Shown one piece after another: positions 33,158 through 42,784 of a stretch of DNA of 64,000 bases. The notes beneath the pieces were generated by a model, which was given only the letters and a program-made list of their open reading frames with translations, did not search any database and was not told where the DNA came from. The stretch is taken from sequence record DRR723986_1321, one strand, 5' to 3'. A program made the position numbers and the translations under genes. Every line of letters begins with the position of its first letter. The first letter of the stretch is position 1.

Positions 33158-35347
33158 CTACCCCTTTTTCGCCTGGATCCGCCAGCAACAATGAATGCGG
33201 GGATTACGCTGGAAATCCGGGTCAAGGGTAGCCCGGCTGATGTCCTCGCAGCTGAACGCGTCCTGCAACGACGGGTCCAGCTTGAATTTCCGCCGGTTAT
33301 TGGAAAAGTACAACACGCCGTCGGGACGCAGGCGCTGCATCGCCGCCTGTACCAGCGCCACATGGTCCCGCTGCACATCAAAGCTGTCGCGCATCGCTGC
33401 GGAGTTAGAGAAGGACGGTGGATCCAGCAGGATCAGGTCAAATGACGGTCCAGCCGTATTGAGCCATTCCAGGCAGTCGGCCCGCACCAGCTGGTTGCTC
33501 GATTCCGCCAGGCCATTATGCGCCAGATTCTTGCGCAACCAGGCCAGGTAGGTATTGGACAGATCGACACTGGTAGTCGAGCGCGCACCACCGAGGGCCG
33601 CCTGTACCGTGGCGCTGCCGGTGTAACAAAACAGGTTAAGAAAATCCCTACCCTCGGCCTCATCGGCAATCCGCCGCCGCAGCGGCCGATGGTCCAGGAA
33701 CAGACCGGTATCCAGGTAGTCGTGGAGGTTGACCAGCAATCGCGCCCTGCCCTCGCTGACACTCAGTAGCTCACCACGGGCATCGCGTTTTTCGTATTGC
33801 GCCTGCCCGCGCTGGCGGCGGCGCTGCTTGTAGACGATCTGGTCGGCCGGCACATCCAGCGCTGTCGGCAAGGCGGCAACTACCTCCGCCAGCCGCTGTT
33901 CTGCCGCCTGCTCGGAGATCGCACTTGGCGCCTGGTATTCCGCGACATGCACCGCATCTTGGTAAATATCCACCGCAACCGCGTACTCCGGCATATCGGC
34001 GTCGTACAGCCGGTAGCAGCTGACCCCCGAGCGCTTCAGCCAGGAGGACAGCCGCCGGCGATTCTTGCGAATCCGGTTGGCGAACATTTCTGCGCCAGCC
34101 GACAGCGCTTCCGCCTCGCCGCTGTCATCCGCGCCGGCATCTGGCGACGCTGGCTTCCGCTCGCTCAGGGTATTGTTATTCAGGTCGAACAACAGCAGAT
34201 GTGACGCAATGAGCCCATTCCACAAGGCGTAGCGCTTGTGGCTGCGCAAGCCCACCGCCTTGCCCAGTTCGAGGTCGGAGGTGAACACAGCGGCCTGCCA
34301 ACCGTCGAACTCACCCACCATAGCCTCGCCCAGCTGTCGATAGAGATAGGCGAGGCTGGCTTTTTCTCCGAGCCGCTCACCGTAGGGTGGGTTGCAGATC
34401 AGGAGCCCCAGCGGCAGCGGCATATGTGTTGGTTTTTTCAATTCTGACAAAGGCTTACAGCTGATTCTTACCACTTTCTCCAAGCCTGCCCGGGCAACGT
34501 TTTCCTGCGCCTGACGAACCACTCGCTGGTCGGCGTCGTAGCCCCGGATCTCGGGCAGCCGCGCAGCCTTGCCCCGCTCCGCCCGCCCCCGGGCTTCCGC
34601 CACCAGGGCCTGCCACTGGCCCGGGTTGAAGGATCGCCAGGCCTCGAAGCCGAAACGCCTGCGCGCCAGTCCCGGCGCGATGTCCGCCGCCATCATGGCC
34701 CCCTCCAGCAGCAAGGTGCCGGAGCCGCACATGGGATCCAGCAACGCACCACCGCGCGCGGCAATGCCGGGCCAGTCGGCGCGCAGCAGCAGGGCGGCGG
34801 CGAGATTTTCCTTCAGCGGCGCCTCCCCGCCCCGCAGACGGTAGCCGCGCTGGTGCAGACTTCCGCCAGAGAAATCCAGGGCCACGCTGACTTTGCCCCG
34901 GGACAGGCGCACACTGAGCCGAATGTCAGGGTTGCGCTTGTCGATCGATGGACGACTCCCAGCGCGCGCCACAAACCAGTCCACGATGGCGTCCTTGCTC
35001 TTCTGCGCGCCGAACTGGGTATTGCGAATCGCGCCACTGCTACCGGAGAAATCGATTGCCAGACTGCGACTCACGTCGAAAACCTGGTCCCAGGCCACGC
35101 CCCGCAGCCCCTGGTAGAGGGCCTGGGCGTCATCGCCATCAAATTCCGCCAGCGGCAGCAGGATACGATTGGCCAGGCGCGACCAGAGGCAGGCCCGGTA
35201 AGCGACCGCCGCGGGCCCCTCGAAGTACACCCCGGCCACGGTCTCTTTCAGGCGCTCTGCTCCCAGCTGGCGGAGCTCATCGACCAGCAGGCCCTCGATC
35301 CCGCGGGGGCAGGCGGCGTACCATTGCAGCGGGCTAAGCGGGTCCAC
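33158..35347 (-). CDS. rlmKL: Bifunctional 23S rRNA m2G2445/m7G2069 methyltransferase
   Basis: THUMP region, LHQRGYR...APLKENLA, DPMCGSGT, NPPYGERLG, DYLDTGLFLDHR, DPPSFSNS. Confidence 0.95.
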   Translation of the reverse strand: MDPLSPLQWYAACPRGIEGLLVDELRQLGAERLKETVAGVYFEGPAAVAYRACLWSRLANRILLPLAEFDGDDAQALYQGLRGVAWDQVFDVSRSLAIDFSGSSGAIRNTQFGAQKSKDAIVDWFVARAGSRPSIDKRNPDIRLSVRLSRGKVSVALDFSGGSLHQRGYRLRGGEAPLKENLAAALLLRADWPGIAARGGALLDPMCGSGTLLLEGAMMAADIAPGLARRRFGFEAWRSFNPGQWQALVAEARGRAERGKAARLPEIRGYDADQRVVRQAQENVARAGLEKVVRISCKPLSELKKPTHMPLPLGLLICNPPYGERLGEKASLAYLYRQLGEAMVGEFDGWQAAVFTSDLELGKAVGLRSHKRYALWNGLIASHLLLFDLNNNTLSERKPASPDAGADDSGEAEALSAGAEMFANRIRKNRRRLSSWLKRSGVSCYRLYDADMPEYAVAVDIYQDAVHVAEYQAPSAISEQAAEQRLAEVVAALPTALDVPADQIVYKQRRRQRGQAQYEKRDARGELLSVSEGRARLLVNLHDYLDTGLFLDHRPLRRRIADEAEGRDFLNLFCYTGSATVQAALGGARSTTSVDLSNTYLAWLRKNLAHNGLAESSNQLVRADCLEWLNTAGPSFDLILLDPPSFSNSAAMRDSFDVQRDHVALVQAAMQRLRPDGVLYFSNNRRKFKLDPSLQDAFSCEDISRATLDPDFQRNPRIHCCWRIQAKKG

Positions 35348-35438
35348 GAAGGCCCCTCTTCCGGCTTGCGAAAGCTAATTTTTTACTCATAAATTCAATG
35401 TCTTATAAGAGAATTATCAGGTGCTATAAGAGCTGGCC

Positions 35439-36164
35439 TCAGGCGCCTTTCCCAGCCCGCGTGGATTTGCTGCCCGCCGGGCTTTTCTTGCGCGCGGCTT
35501 TGCGTTTGGGCTTGGCGGTGGTGGCCCGGCGGCGGGTCTGGCTGGCGCCCGGCCTGTTGGCCTGCTTTTCCTTGTCCATCACCTCGATCACCAGGTTGGT
35601 TGAGCTCTGCATGTAGTCGATAAACCGGGCATGCTCTTCGTCGCTGAGATCGCGCAGGAAGTCATGCTGGCGATAAATGTTCACGAAGCGCCGCTCGCGC
35701 TCGTAGTGCCTGGGCAAGGCCATCACCCCCCACTGCTCCAGGGTCTGCTCAAGTTGCGGGTTATAGGTGCGCATGAATTTGATCAGGAACGGGATCGGGT
35801 CATGCCGGGCCAACAGGGAAGCTGCACGCAGCATCAGCTCCAGCGGCATGATAGACGCGCCGCTCTCCACCTCCTCCAGCACACTCTTGTCGGCCATGCC
35901 CAGCCGATCCGCCAGCTCCTTGACCGACAGACCCGCGGTTTCCCGCGCATCACGCAGAAAATGCCCGGCTTCGGCCATGGCTTCCAGGCGCTCCGGTGAC
36001 ATACTGGTCACCAGCGCATTGCGCAGCCAGGTCTCACCGAACATGGCGGTCATCGTGGCGGTATTGCGGGCCAACTCCAGGGTGCCCCCGGCGACCTGCC
36101 CGGTGAGCCGCATCAGCGCATTGAGCAGGGAATCGTGGTCCCGGTTCTTGTCATGGTCAGTCAT
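35439..36164 (-). CDS. XRE-type HTH protein with Lys/Arg/Ala-rich C-terminal tail
   Basis: LRDARETAGLSVKELADRLGM...LEEVESG HTH. Tail RRRATTAKPKRKAARKKSP. Confidence 0.7.
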   Translation of the reverse strand: MTDHDKNRDHDSLLNALMRLTGQVAGGTLELARNTATMTAMFGETWLRNALVTSMSPERLEAMAEAGHFLRDARETAGLSVKELADRLGMADKSVLEEVESGASIMPLELMLRAASLLARHDPIPFLIKFMRTYNPQLEQTLEQWGVMALPRHYERERRFVNIYRQHDFLRDLSDEEHARFIDYMQSSTNLVIEVMDKEKQANRPGASQTRRRATTAKPKRKAARKKSPAGSKSTRAGKGA

Positions 36165-36260
36165 GCTCACAGGATAGACCAGTTCAGGGGCTCACAGCAC
36201 GTGTGCCGCGACGGAAAGTTTTGTTATTGTCACCCCCTTTCGCCGGCCGCAGACCACTGT

Positions 36261-38813
36261 ATGTCCCACCGAATCGCCAATCTCATTACCCGCTGGGTGC
36301 TCCTGGTGAAAGCGCACCCCCGGCTGACCCTGGCCTTATTGTGCCTGCTGACGGTGGCCAGCGGCATCGGCTCGGCCAGCCTGTTCAGCCTTAACTCGGA
36401 TGTCGGCAAGCTCATCAGGCCCGGTGCCGACACCCGCTGGTATGCCCAGAACGAGGAACACAAGGCGGCCTTCCCGCAGTTTGAGAATACCGCGATCGTG
36501 GTGGTTTCGGGTCCGCGCGCAGCGGTCAGTGACGCCAGCGACGCCCTGCTCTCCGGTTTCCTGGCATCGTCCTGGTATCACCATGTGGCGGCCCCGGGCA
36601 AGGAAGCATTTTTTGACGAGCATGCCCTGTACTACCTCGAACTTGAACAGGTCGAGGCGCTGGGCACGCAACTGGCGCAGCTGCTGCCGGTACTGCAGGC
36701 ACTCGACAGGGGCGAGGGCCTGCCCGGCTATTTCGAGCTGCTCGCCCAGTCACTGCAAGCCGACCAGTACCGCGGGGAATCCAGCGCCGCCACCCGCAGC
36801 TTGCTTGAACGCTTGCAGGCGGCAGTTGAGGCCCCGGGAACCCGCCCAGCCTGGCTGGCACTGCCGTCGGCAGAAACATCCGCAACCGAGTACCAGCTCA
36901 TCATCCTGCAGGGGCGCCAGCAGTTCGGCGAGAAATCCCCGGCCAGTGCAGTGATCCGGGCGACCCGGGAGATCATCGCGGGAATCGCTCCCGCGCATCC
37001 CGGGGTCCAGGTGCGCCTTACCGGCGAACTGCCCATGGCTGACGAGGAATTACGCACTGCCCTGGACGGTATCCAGTTTGCGGGAGCGCTGTCCCTCGGC
37101 TTACTGGCCATCATCCTCACCGTGGGCGTCCGCTCCTGGTCGATCGTGCTGGTGATCTTCGCCATGCTCGCGGCCGGTGTCGCTATCACCACGGTGTTTG
37201 CCAGCCTGGTGGTCGGCAGTTTCAATACCCTGTCACTGGTGTTCCTGGTGATGTTCTTTGGCCTGGGCGTCGACTTCGCTCTGCACTATGCCCTGCGGGT
37301 GGAGGAGTCGCTGTCACTGCCCGGGGAGCAGGCCGACCCATTGCGCTTCGCCACTGGCGACATTGGCACCGCCCTGCTGCTGTGTACGATCACTTCCAGC
37401 ATCGCGTTCCTATCGTTCTTTCCCACCGAATACCGCGGGCTGGCCGAGCTTGGCGTCATTTCGGCCGGAGGCATGCTGATAGCCTTCTTCCTGACCCTGA
37501 CCCTGATTCCAGCCTGGTTCAGCCTGGTCGGCATGCCCCAGCCATGGCGGCCGGGAGACCAAAAGCGCCAGCACTTCGGTCTCGACAAACTCAGCCCGAC
37601 CTCGGTGCTGTCAGCAACGGTGCTGGTCAGCCTCGCCGCCGGCTGGTTCGCCAAGGATGCCCGCTTCGACTACAGCGTGCTGGCAATGCGCGACAAGTCC
37701 TCCGAGGCGATCGCCACCTTGCTGGAATTGCAGCGCGAGCAGCTGGCCACGGATTACAGTATTGCCGTACTGGCAGAGCCGGAGGGCATCGATGCCCTGA
37801 GTGAGACCCTGCTGGCCCTGCCTACTGTGGCCGAGATTAACCGGCCCGAGGACGTACTGCCCTCCGGACAGGCCGCCAAGGCCGCTGCCCTGGCGCACCT
37901 GCAAGGGCTGGACGCGCTGGCACTGCAGCTGCCAGTAACGCCGGATACCACACAGACTGCGGCTGCGAGAGACCGCCTGGTCGCATTGCTGGATGGCGCA
38001 CCTGAGCAGTCGCGATCAGGGGAGCTCGCCGCGGCACTGGCGGACCTTGATGCGCCGGGCTTTGCCCGGCTGCAGGATGACCTGCTGCAACCGCTGTACA
38101 GCGACATCAGCGAGCTGCGGCCACGTTTACTGGCCAGCCCCTTCGGACTGCAGGATCTGCCGGATAGTGTTCGCAGCCGGTTGATCGCGCCCGATGGCCG
38201 GCACCGACTGGAAGTCGTGGCCCGAGACCAGCTCAATGACCTCGCGGCCATGGATCGTTTCGTCGCGGAGGTGGAGGCAGTGGCACCAAACATCGCCGGG
38301 CGCACCGTGGTCGAGCGTGGCGTCGGCAAGTCCGTTGTGCGCTCCTTCAAGCTGGCCATCGTGATCGCCCTGACCGGTATCGTCGCCGTGCTGCTGCTGT
38401 ACTTCCGTGAGCCGTTGACGCCGCTGCTGGTGCTGATTCCACTGGGACTCACCACCCTGTTCACCTTTGCCATCGTCGAACTGAGCGGACTCACCCTGAA
38501 TATGGCCAACATCCTGGTGGTGCCGCTGATCTTTGGCCTCGGGGTGGATACCGGCATCCACGTTGTCCATCGCTACCATGCGGCGCGCAGCGTCAGCGAT
38601 GTACTCCAGTCCAGCACGCCGCGGGCCGTGACCCTGAGCGCGTTAACTACCATCGGCACCTTCTTTTCCCTGTCCTTCAGCCCGCACAAGGGGGCGGCCT
38701 CGATCGGCCTGATCCTGTCGATCGCGATTGCGATCCTGATGGTCGTGACTTTCGTGGTGCTGCCTGCACTGCTGGCGAAGTTTGAACCGCTGCGCAAGCG
38801 CGGCGACAGCTGA
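36261..38813 (+). CDS. MMPL/HpnN-like RND lipid transporter
   Basis: Two-repeat RND topology (1 TM + large periplasmic domain + 5 TM, twice) with FGLGVDFALH and FGLGVDTGIH motifs. ATG at 36261. Confidence 0.85.
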   Translation: MSHRIANLITRWVLLVKAHPRLTLALLCLLTVASGIGSASLFSLNSDVGKLIRPGADTRWYAQNEEHKAAFPQFENTAIVVVSGPRAAVSDASDALLSGFLASSWYHHVAAPGKEAFFDEHALYYLELEQVEALGTQLAQLLPVLQALDRGEGLPGYFELLAQSLQADQYRGESSAATRSLLERLQAAVEAPGTRPAWLALPSAETSATEYQLIILQGRQQFGEKSPASAVIRATREIIAGIAPAHPGVQVRLTGELPMADEELRTALDGIQFAGALSLGLLAIILTVGVRSWSIVLVIFAMLAAGVAITTVFASLVVGSFNTLSLVFLVMFFGLGVDFALHYALRVEESLSLPGEQADPLRFATGDIGTALLLCTITSSIAFLSFFPTEYRGLAELGVISAGGMLIAFFLTLTLIPAWFSLVGMPQPWRPGDQKRQHFGLDKLSPTSVLSATVLVSLAAGWFAKDARFDYSVLAMRDKSSEAIATLLELQREQLATDYSIAVLAEPEGIDALSETLLALPTVAEINRPEDVLPSGQAAKAAALAHLQGLDALALQLPVTPDTTQTAAARDRLVALLDGAPEQSRSGELAAALADLDAPGFARLQDDLLQPLYSDISELRPRLLASPFGLQDLPDSVRSRLIAPDGRHRLEVVARDQLNDLAAMDRFVAEVEAVAPNIAGRTVVERGVGKSVVRSFKLAIVIALTGIVAVLLLYFREPLTPLLVLIPLGLTTLFTFAIVELSGLTLNMANILVVPLIFGLGVDTGIHVVHRYHAARSVSDVLQSSTPRAVTLSALTTIGTFFSLSFSPHKGAASIGLILSIAIAILMVVTFVVLPALLAKFEPLRKRGDS

Positions 38814-38815
38814 AC

Positions 38816-39955
38816 TCAGGGCGCGGACTGGAGGCCCGTTTCCAGGGCGAAGATCTTGCGCAGAATATCCCGCCACTCGTCGTACTGCGTATCCAGGGTG
38901 CCGCTGAGGCGGAAGATCCGGTCCCCGGCCTCGAGCACGGTGGGGGCGACCTCGTTGTTGAAACCCAGGGCCAACTCGTGCAGGTCCTGCTGCTGGATCT
39001 TGGTGGAACGGAACGCATTGTAGGTCTGCTCCATCTGCGCGAAGGTCCCCCTGCGGCCGTGACTCTCGCGGCTGGTCGCGCGTTGCTCGTACTCTGCCTT
39101 GTAGATCGCCTGCTCCCTGCCGTACTGGCGCCACAGGTCATAGGTGGGGCCCATCCGGTTATAGAGCTCCAGGTACTGTTCGTCCACCGTGTCGATGAAC
39201 AGGTACTCCTGGTTCTGGATGCGCTGCACCCGCGCCAGCATGGGATCATCCTCCGCCGGCAGCCGGCGGGCATAAAACCGTCCCGAATCGTCGCTGGCAA
39301 GGTAACCGGCGAAGGCTTCCGGTGACAGCGATGCGGCATAGCGCAGTTCACTCACCCGGGGTACGGCCTGCAGGGCCAGCGGGTCGAGACCACTGCGCAT
39401 CGCCAGCAGGTCGTTTGCCACCTGGATGTAGAGATGCCGATAGGGATCGGAACCGGCACTCGCCGGGTAGTCGGCTTCCTGCGCGACATCCCGGTAACTT
39501 CGATCAAGCCATACCCGGCCAGTGGCATCCTCAGCGCGGATAGCGAGAACCAGCTGCTGGCCATCGGAGTGCGCGATGCGCCCGGTCACCAGCAGTTCCA
39601 CAGACCCGGTTTCGTGCGGCAGTACACGCACAGCGCCCCAGTGATTGCTGCGAACCAGCGCCTCGCGCAGCAGCACCGTCATATAGCGGGCCTCGGCGCG
39701 ACGAATCTCGGGGAAGATACCCTGCCGGCTGTGGGTGGAGGCGTCCTCCGGGATACCGGGATCGAACACCACCACGCCCACTTCCAGCGCCGGCGGGGCC
39801 GGTTCGCCGCGACCGACATCCAGTACCGGGCTGGCCACCGGTGCCGGCCAGTCGGCCTGCGGCTGCTGAACCGCGGCAGACGACTCTGGCGCCGGCGCCG
39901 AAGTACAGGCCATCAGCACAGCGGAAGCGGCGGCGAGCAGCAGTAAACGCATCAT
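38816..39955 (-). CDS. Hypothetical lipoprotein (379 aa)
   Basis: Signal peptide with lipobox VLMA-C. ATGA overlap with the upstream gene's stop. Confidence 0.7.
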   Translation of the reverse strand: MMRLLLLAAASAVLMACTSAPAPESSAAVQQPQADWPAPVASPVLDVGRGEPAPPALEVGVVVFDPGIPEDASTHSRQGIFPEIRRAEARYMTVLLREALVRSNHWGAVRVLPHETGSVELLVTGRIAHSDGQQLVLAIRAEDATGRVWLDRSYRDVAQEADYPASAGSDPYRHLYIQVANDLLAMRSGLDPLALQAVPRVSELRYAASLSPEAFAGYLASDDSGRFYARRLPAEDDPMLARVQRIQNQEYLFIDTVDEQYLELYNRMGPTYDLWRQYGREQAIYKAEYEQRATSRESHGRRGTFAQMEQTYNAFRSTKIQQQDLHELALGFNNEVAPTVLEAGDRIFRLSGTLDTQYDEWRDILRKIFALETGLQSAP

Positions 39956-40647
39956 TGGGATTCCGTGGTGCATACTTTGCCCCTGGTCAGGGTCTGCTCA
40001 CAGGTATAGCCCGCTTCGCCCGGCGTGTAGCGGTTGTAAACCCGGTTGAGGGTGAACGGCTGGGAGACACGATCCGAGACCACGGTGGTGGCGATACCCA
40101 TCCGCTCAGCGGAGGGACTGAGCGACAGGCGGTGCTGGATCGACAGCCCTTCCGGCAGGTAGATGCGAAAAATGAGCTGGTGCCCGTTCCAGCCGCACAT
40201 CTCGGTACCCAGCGGGTTTTCGACCAACTGGGAGTCACCTTCAAAGAATTCACAGGTCAGCGCAAAGTTACCCTCACGCTTGACCCGGATCGTATTGGGG
40301 CCCTGCTCGATTTCGAGCAGCTGGGACTGGGTGATCAGGTCGGCCATCTGGGCGAGGCCGATAATGGACGGCCCGCTATTGGTGCCCCCGGCCCCCATCG
40401 AAATCGCTCCGCGACTATCGCCGCGGGCCTGGGCAGCGCGCTCCGCCTGGCGGCGCAAATCCCGAACCAGCGCGTTGAGCTGAGACTGGATGTTATCGCT
40501 CTGGCCGTAATCCAGCTCCCAGTGACCGCTGAAATCAACCCGCTTCTGGCTCTCGCCCTGCAGGACCGGCTCGTTGCCGGCACAGCCTGTCAGTCCGGCG
40601 AACCAGAGCACGGCAATCAGGGCGGCAAATTTAGGCGGCAGTGACAT
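39952..40647 (-). CDS. Hypothetical lipoprotein (231 aa)
   Basis: Lipobox LTG-C, DFSGHWELD beta-strand motif, additional Cys residues. Confidence 0.7.
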   Translation of the reverse strand: MSLPPKFAALIAVLWFAGLTGCAGNEPVLQGESQKRVDFSGHWELDYGQSDNIQSQLNALVRDLRRQAERAAQARGDSRGAISMGAGGTNSGPSIIGLAQMADLITQSQLLEIEQGPNTIRVKREGNFALTCEFFEGDSQLVENPLGTEMCGWNGHQLIFRIYLPEGLSIQHRLSLSPSAERMGIATTVVSDRVSQPFTLNRVYNRYTPGEAGYTCEQTLTRGKVCTTESQ

Positions 40648-40692
40648 AGGCGGGCAAGTTTAGCGCAGTTGGCCTTCAGTAGCCGCGCAAAT

Positions 40693-41631
40693 TCAGCCGG
40701 CGCGGCGCTGCAACCACACCGCCAGCCCCTGTGCATTCAGCTGCAGGTCCGGCGCCAGCTGCGCAGCCAGCTGAGCCGGGTCGGCAGCGGCAGCCAGCTG
40801 CGAGAGCAGTGGCAAGGTGTAGTCCAGCAAGGCCTGCTGCAAGCGCTGTTCATCCGCCCCGGCTTGCTCAGCAAGCTGTGCGTAATCTGCCACCTGGCGG
40901 GCCAGCGCCTGGCGGCGACCCTCCGACCAGGCGAGTTCACCAAAGTGGGTGAGATACAGTCGCTCGGGTTGGTAGCCAGCGAGCAGGCCCAGGGACTGCG
41001 CATAGGCCTCGGGATCAAACTGGGTCGGGGTAGTGGACGGCATGAGGAAATCGCCGCCGGGAAACCGCCAGCCGGGATAACAAACGCCAAACATATCACC
41101 CGTGAACCAGCCCCGAGAGCGCTCGTCCCAGATACAAAAATGGTGATTGGCATGCCCCCGGGTATGTCGGACCGTAAACTCGCGACCACCCAGATCGAAG
41201 CGCGCACCGTCGTCCAGCGCATCGACCCGCCCGGCGGGAATGGGCAGGATGTCGCCGTACAGCCGCGCAAACGCCTCGTCACCGTAGACCGCCCGGGCGC
41301 TGGCGAGCAGGCGCTCGGGGTCAACCAGGTGTCGTGCCGCGCTGGGGTGCGCCAGCAGGCGGGCCCCGGGGCAGGAAGCCATAAGCGCACCCGCACCGCC
41401 GGCGTGATCCAGGTGTGCATGGGTCGGCACAACGTAGCGCAGCTGGCTGCGGTCGATCCCCGATGCAGCGAGGAAATCGAGCAGGCCGGGCACGCTGTGC
41501 GCGGTTCCCGTCTCGATCACCGCATACTCATCGCCGCCGCGCACCAGGTAAAAGCACGCCATACCCGGTGCCGTGTACATGGCGTCCAGGCAGACAATGT
41601 CATGTGCCAGCTGTTGCCGGGGAATCGTCAT
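40693..41631 (-). CDS. MBL-fold metallo-hydrolase
   Basis: THAHLDHAGG, GHANHH, TGD, THFG. Confidence 0.88.
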   Translation of the reverse strand: MTIPRQQLAHDIVCLDAMYTAPGMACFYLVRGGDEYAVIETGTAHSVPGLLDFLAASGIDRSQLRYVVPTHAHLDHAGGAGALMASCPGARLLAHPSAARHLVDPERLLASARAVYGDEAFARLYGDILPIPAGRVDALDDGARFDLGGREFTVRHTRGHANHHFCIWDERSRGWFTGDMFGVCYPGWRFPGGDFLMPSTTPTQFDPEAYAQSLGLLAGYQPERLYLTHFGELAWSEGRRQALARQVADYAQLAEQAGADEQRLQQALLDYTLPLLSQLAAAADPAQLAAQLAPDLQLNAQGLAVWLQRRAG

Positions 41632-41722
41632 GATGGGAGTCGCAGATCGTTACCAGAGCCACCATGCTGGCACAGGGCAAGACCCCTGCGCAACAGGCCT
41701 GGCGCCGGCAGAACCGCAGTGC

Positions 41723-42493
41723 CTAGTCCGGGTTGAAGACTCCGTAAGGTGCGAGTGCGGGCACCGCCGCGTGCACCTGCTGCTCGAGGATATCCACCCG
41801 CTCGAGGCTGGTACAGACTTCATCACTCCAGTCCTCGATCACCTGGGCCGAGCGTTCGATCTCCTGACCGACCCGCTCCATGCGCTCACCGAAAGCCGTC
41901 ATGTTTTCCGTGAAGCTACCCTCGTCCGAGGTCATCGCTTGTGCCAGCCCGCTGAGCACTGCGCCCATCGCCTGCTGCACCGACAGCTCAATGTCGGCCT
42001 CGATTTCATCGCCGAGGGACTCGGCATCGTTCTCGGCCAGCTGGTAAACACCCTGCTCCGGCTTCGCGCCGGTTTCGAATGCCGTCCGCGCCTGGCTCAG
42101 GGCAAGGGCTGACTTCGCACCCGCCTCACTGGCTTCGCCGAACGCCTCGTTAAGCGCCAGCTCGAGAGATGTACCAGCCAGTGACAGGCCCTCGAGGATC
42201 AGCTCTATCACCTGGGGAACAAGCGCTGACACCTCCCCCGCATACTCTTCTACCAACGCGCGCTGCTCGCTGTCCAGCGCAATATCCTCGCCTGCTACCT
42301 GCAGCGCGCCGCCCTGTCGTACCTGGAACAGCATCAGGCCGGCATCGGACACTTCCAGCACTTCCGGGCTCACCCGGATATCGTGGTGCAGCGAGATATT
42401 GCACTCATCATCGGCCAGGCTGGCCGGTGCCTGGATCGCCAGCGACAAGGCGAGGCCGGCAGTACCGGCAAGCGCAAGGAGGTTCTTCTTCAT
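41723..42493 (-). CDS. Secreted YggN/DUF2884-like protein
   Basis: Signal peptide, CNISLHHDI N-terminus, helical body with a late Cys. AGGAG RBS. Confidence 0.65.
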   Translation of the reverse strand: MKKNLLALAGTAGLALSLAIQAPASLADDECNISLHHDIRVSPEVLEVSDAGLMLFQVRQGGALQVAGEDIALDSEQRALVEEYAGEVSALVPQVIELILEGLSLAGTSLELALNEAFGEASEAGAKSALALSQARTAFETGAKPEQGVYQLAENDAESLGDEIEADIELSVQQAMGAVLSGLAQAMTSDEGSFTENMTAFGERMERVGQEIERSAQVIEDWSDEVCTSLERVDILEQQVHAAVPALAPYGVFNPD

Positions 42494-42784
42494 CGATCAG
42501 CTCCTGATTTAGGTGATATGCTTAACTATAACACCATAACGCAGCGACTGCACAACTTTTCGACACGGGACCATGACAGCGCGAGAACCCCTGCCCCAGC
42601 TACCTCACGACGGGCACCGGGAGACGACGGAACCCATGGCTAACGGCACCAGTGAACAGGTTTGACCAGACATTTGCCCCGCTGATTGCTAGGCTGCATC
42701 CAGGGCCACGCTACCTGGCCAACACCCGGGAGAGCTTTTGCTTGTGCGCCGGCTTCCTGCAACAACATGGAGAGTGACCTGCCC

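Noticed and set aside
32974-33445. Small ORFs 32974-33381 (-) and 33065-33445 (+) extending into the spacer
   Set aside because: They mostly overlap rlmKL out of frame or antisense, with no RBS or protein-like features.
42494-42784. 290-bp divergent spacer as a possible riboswitch/sRNA; GGTTTGACC as a GntR/FadR-like site
   Set aside because: No recognisable aptamer or terminator, and the motif is too short and imperfect.
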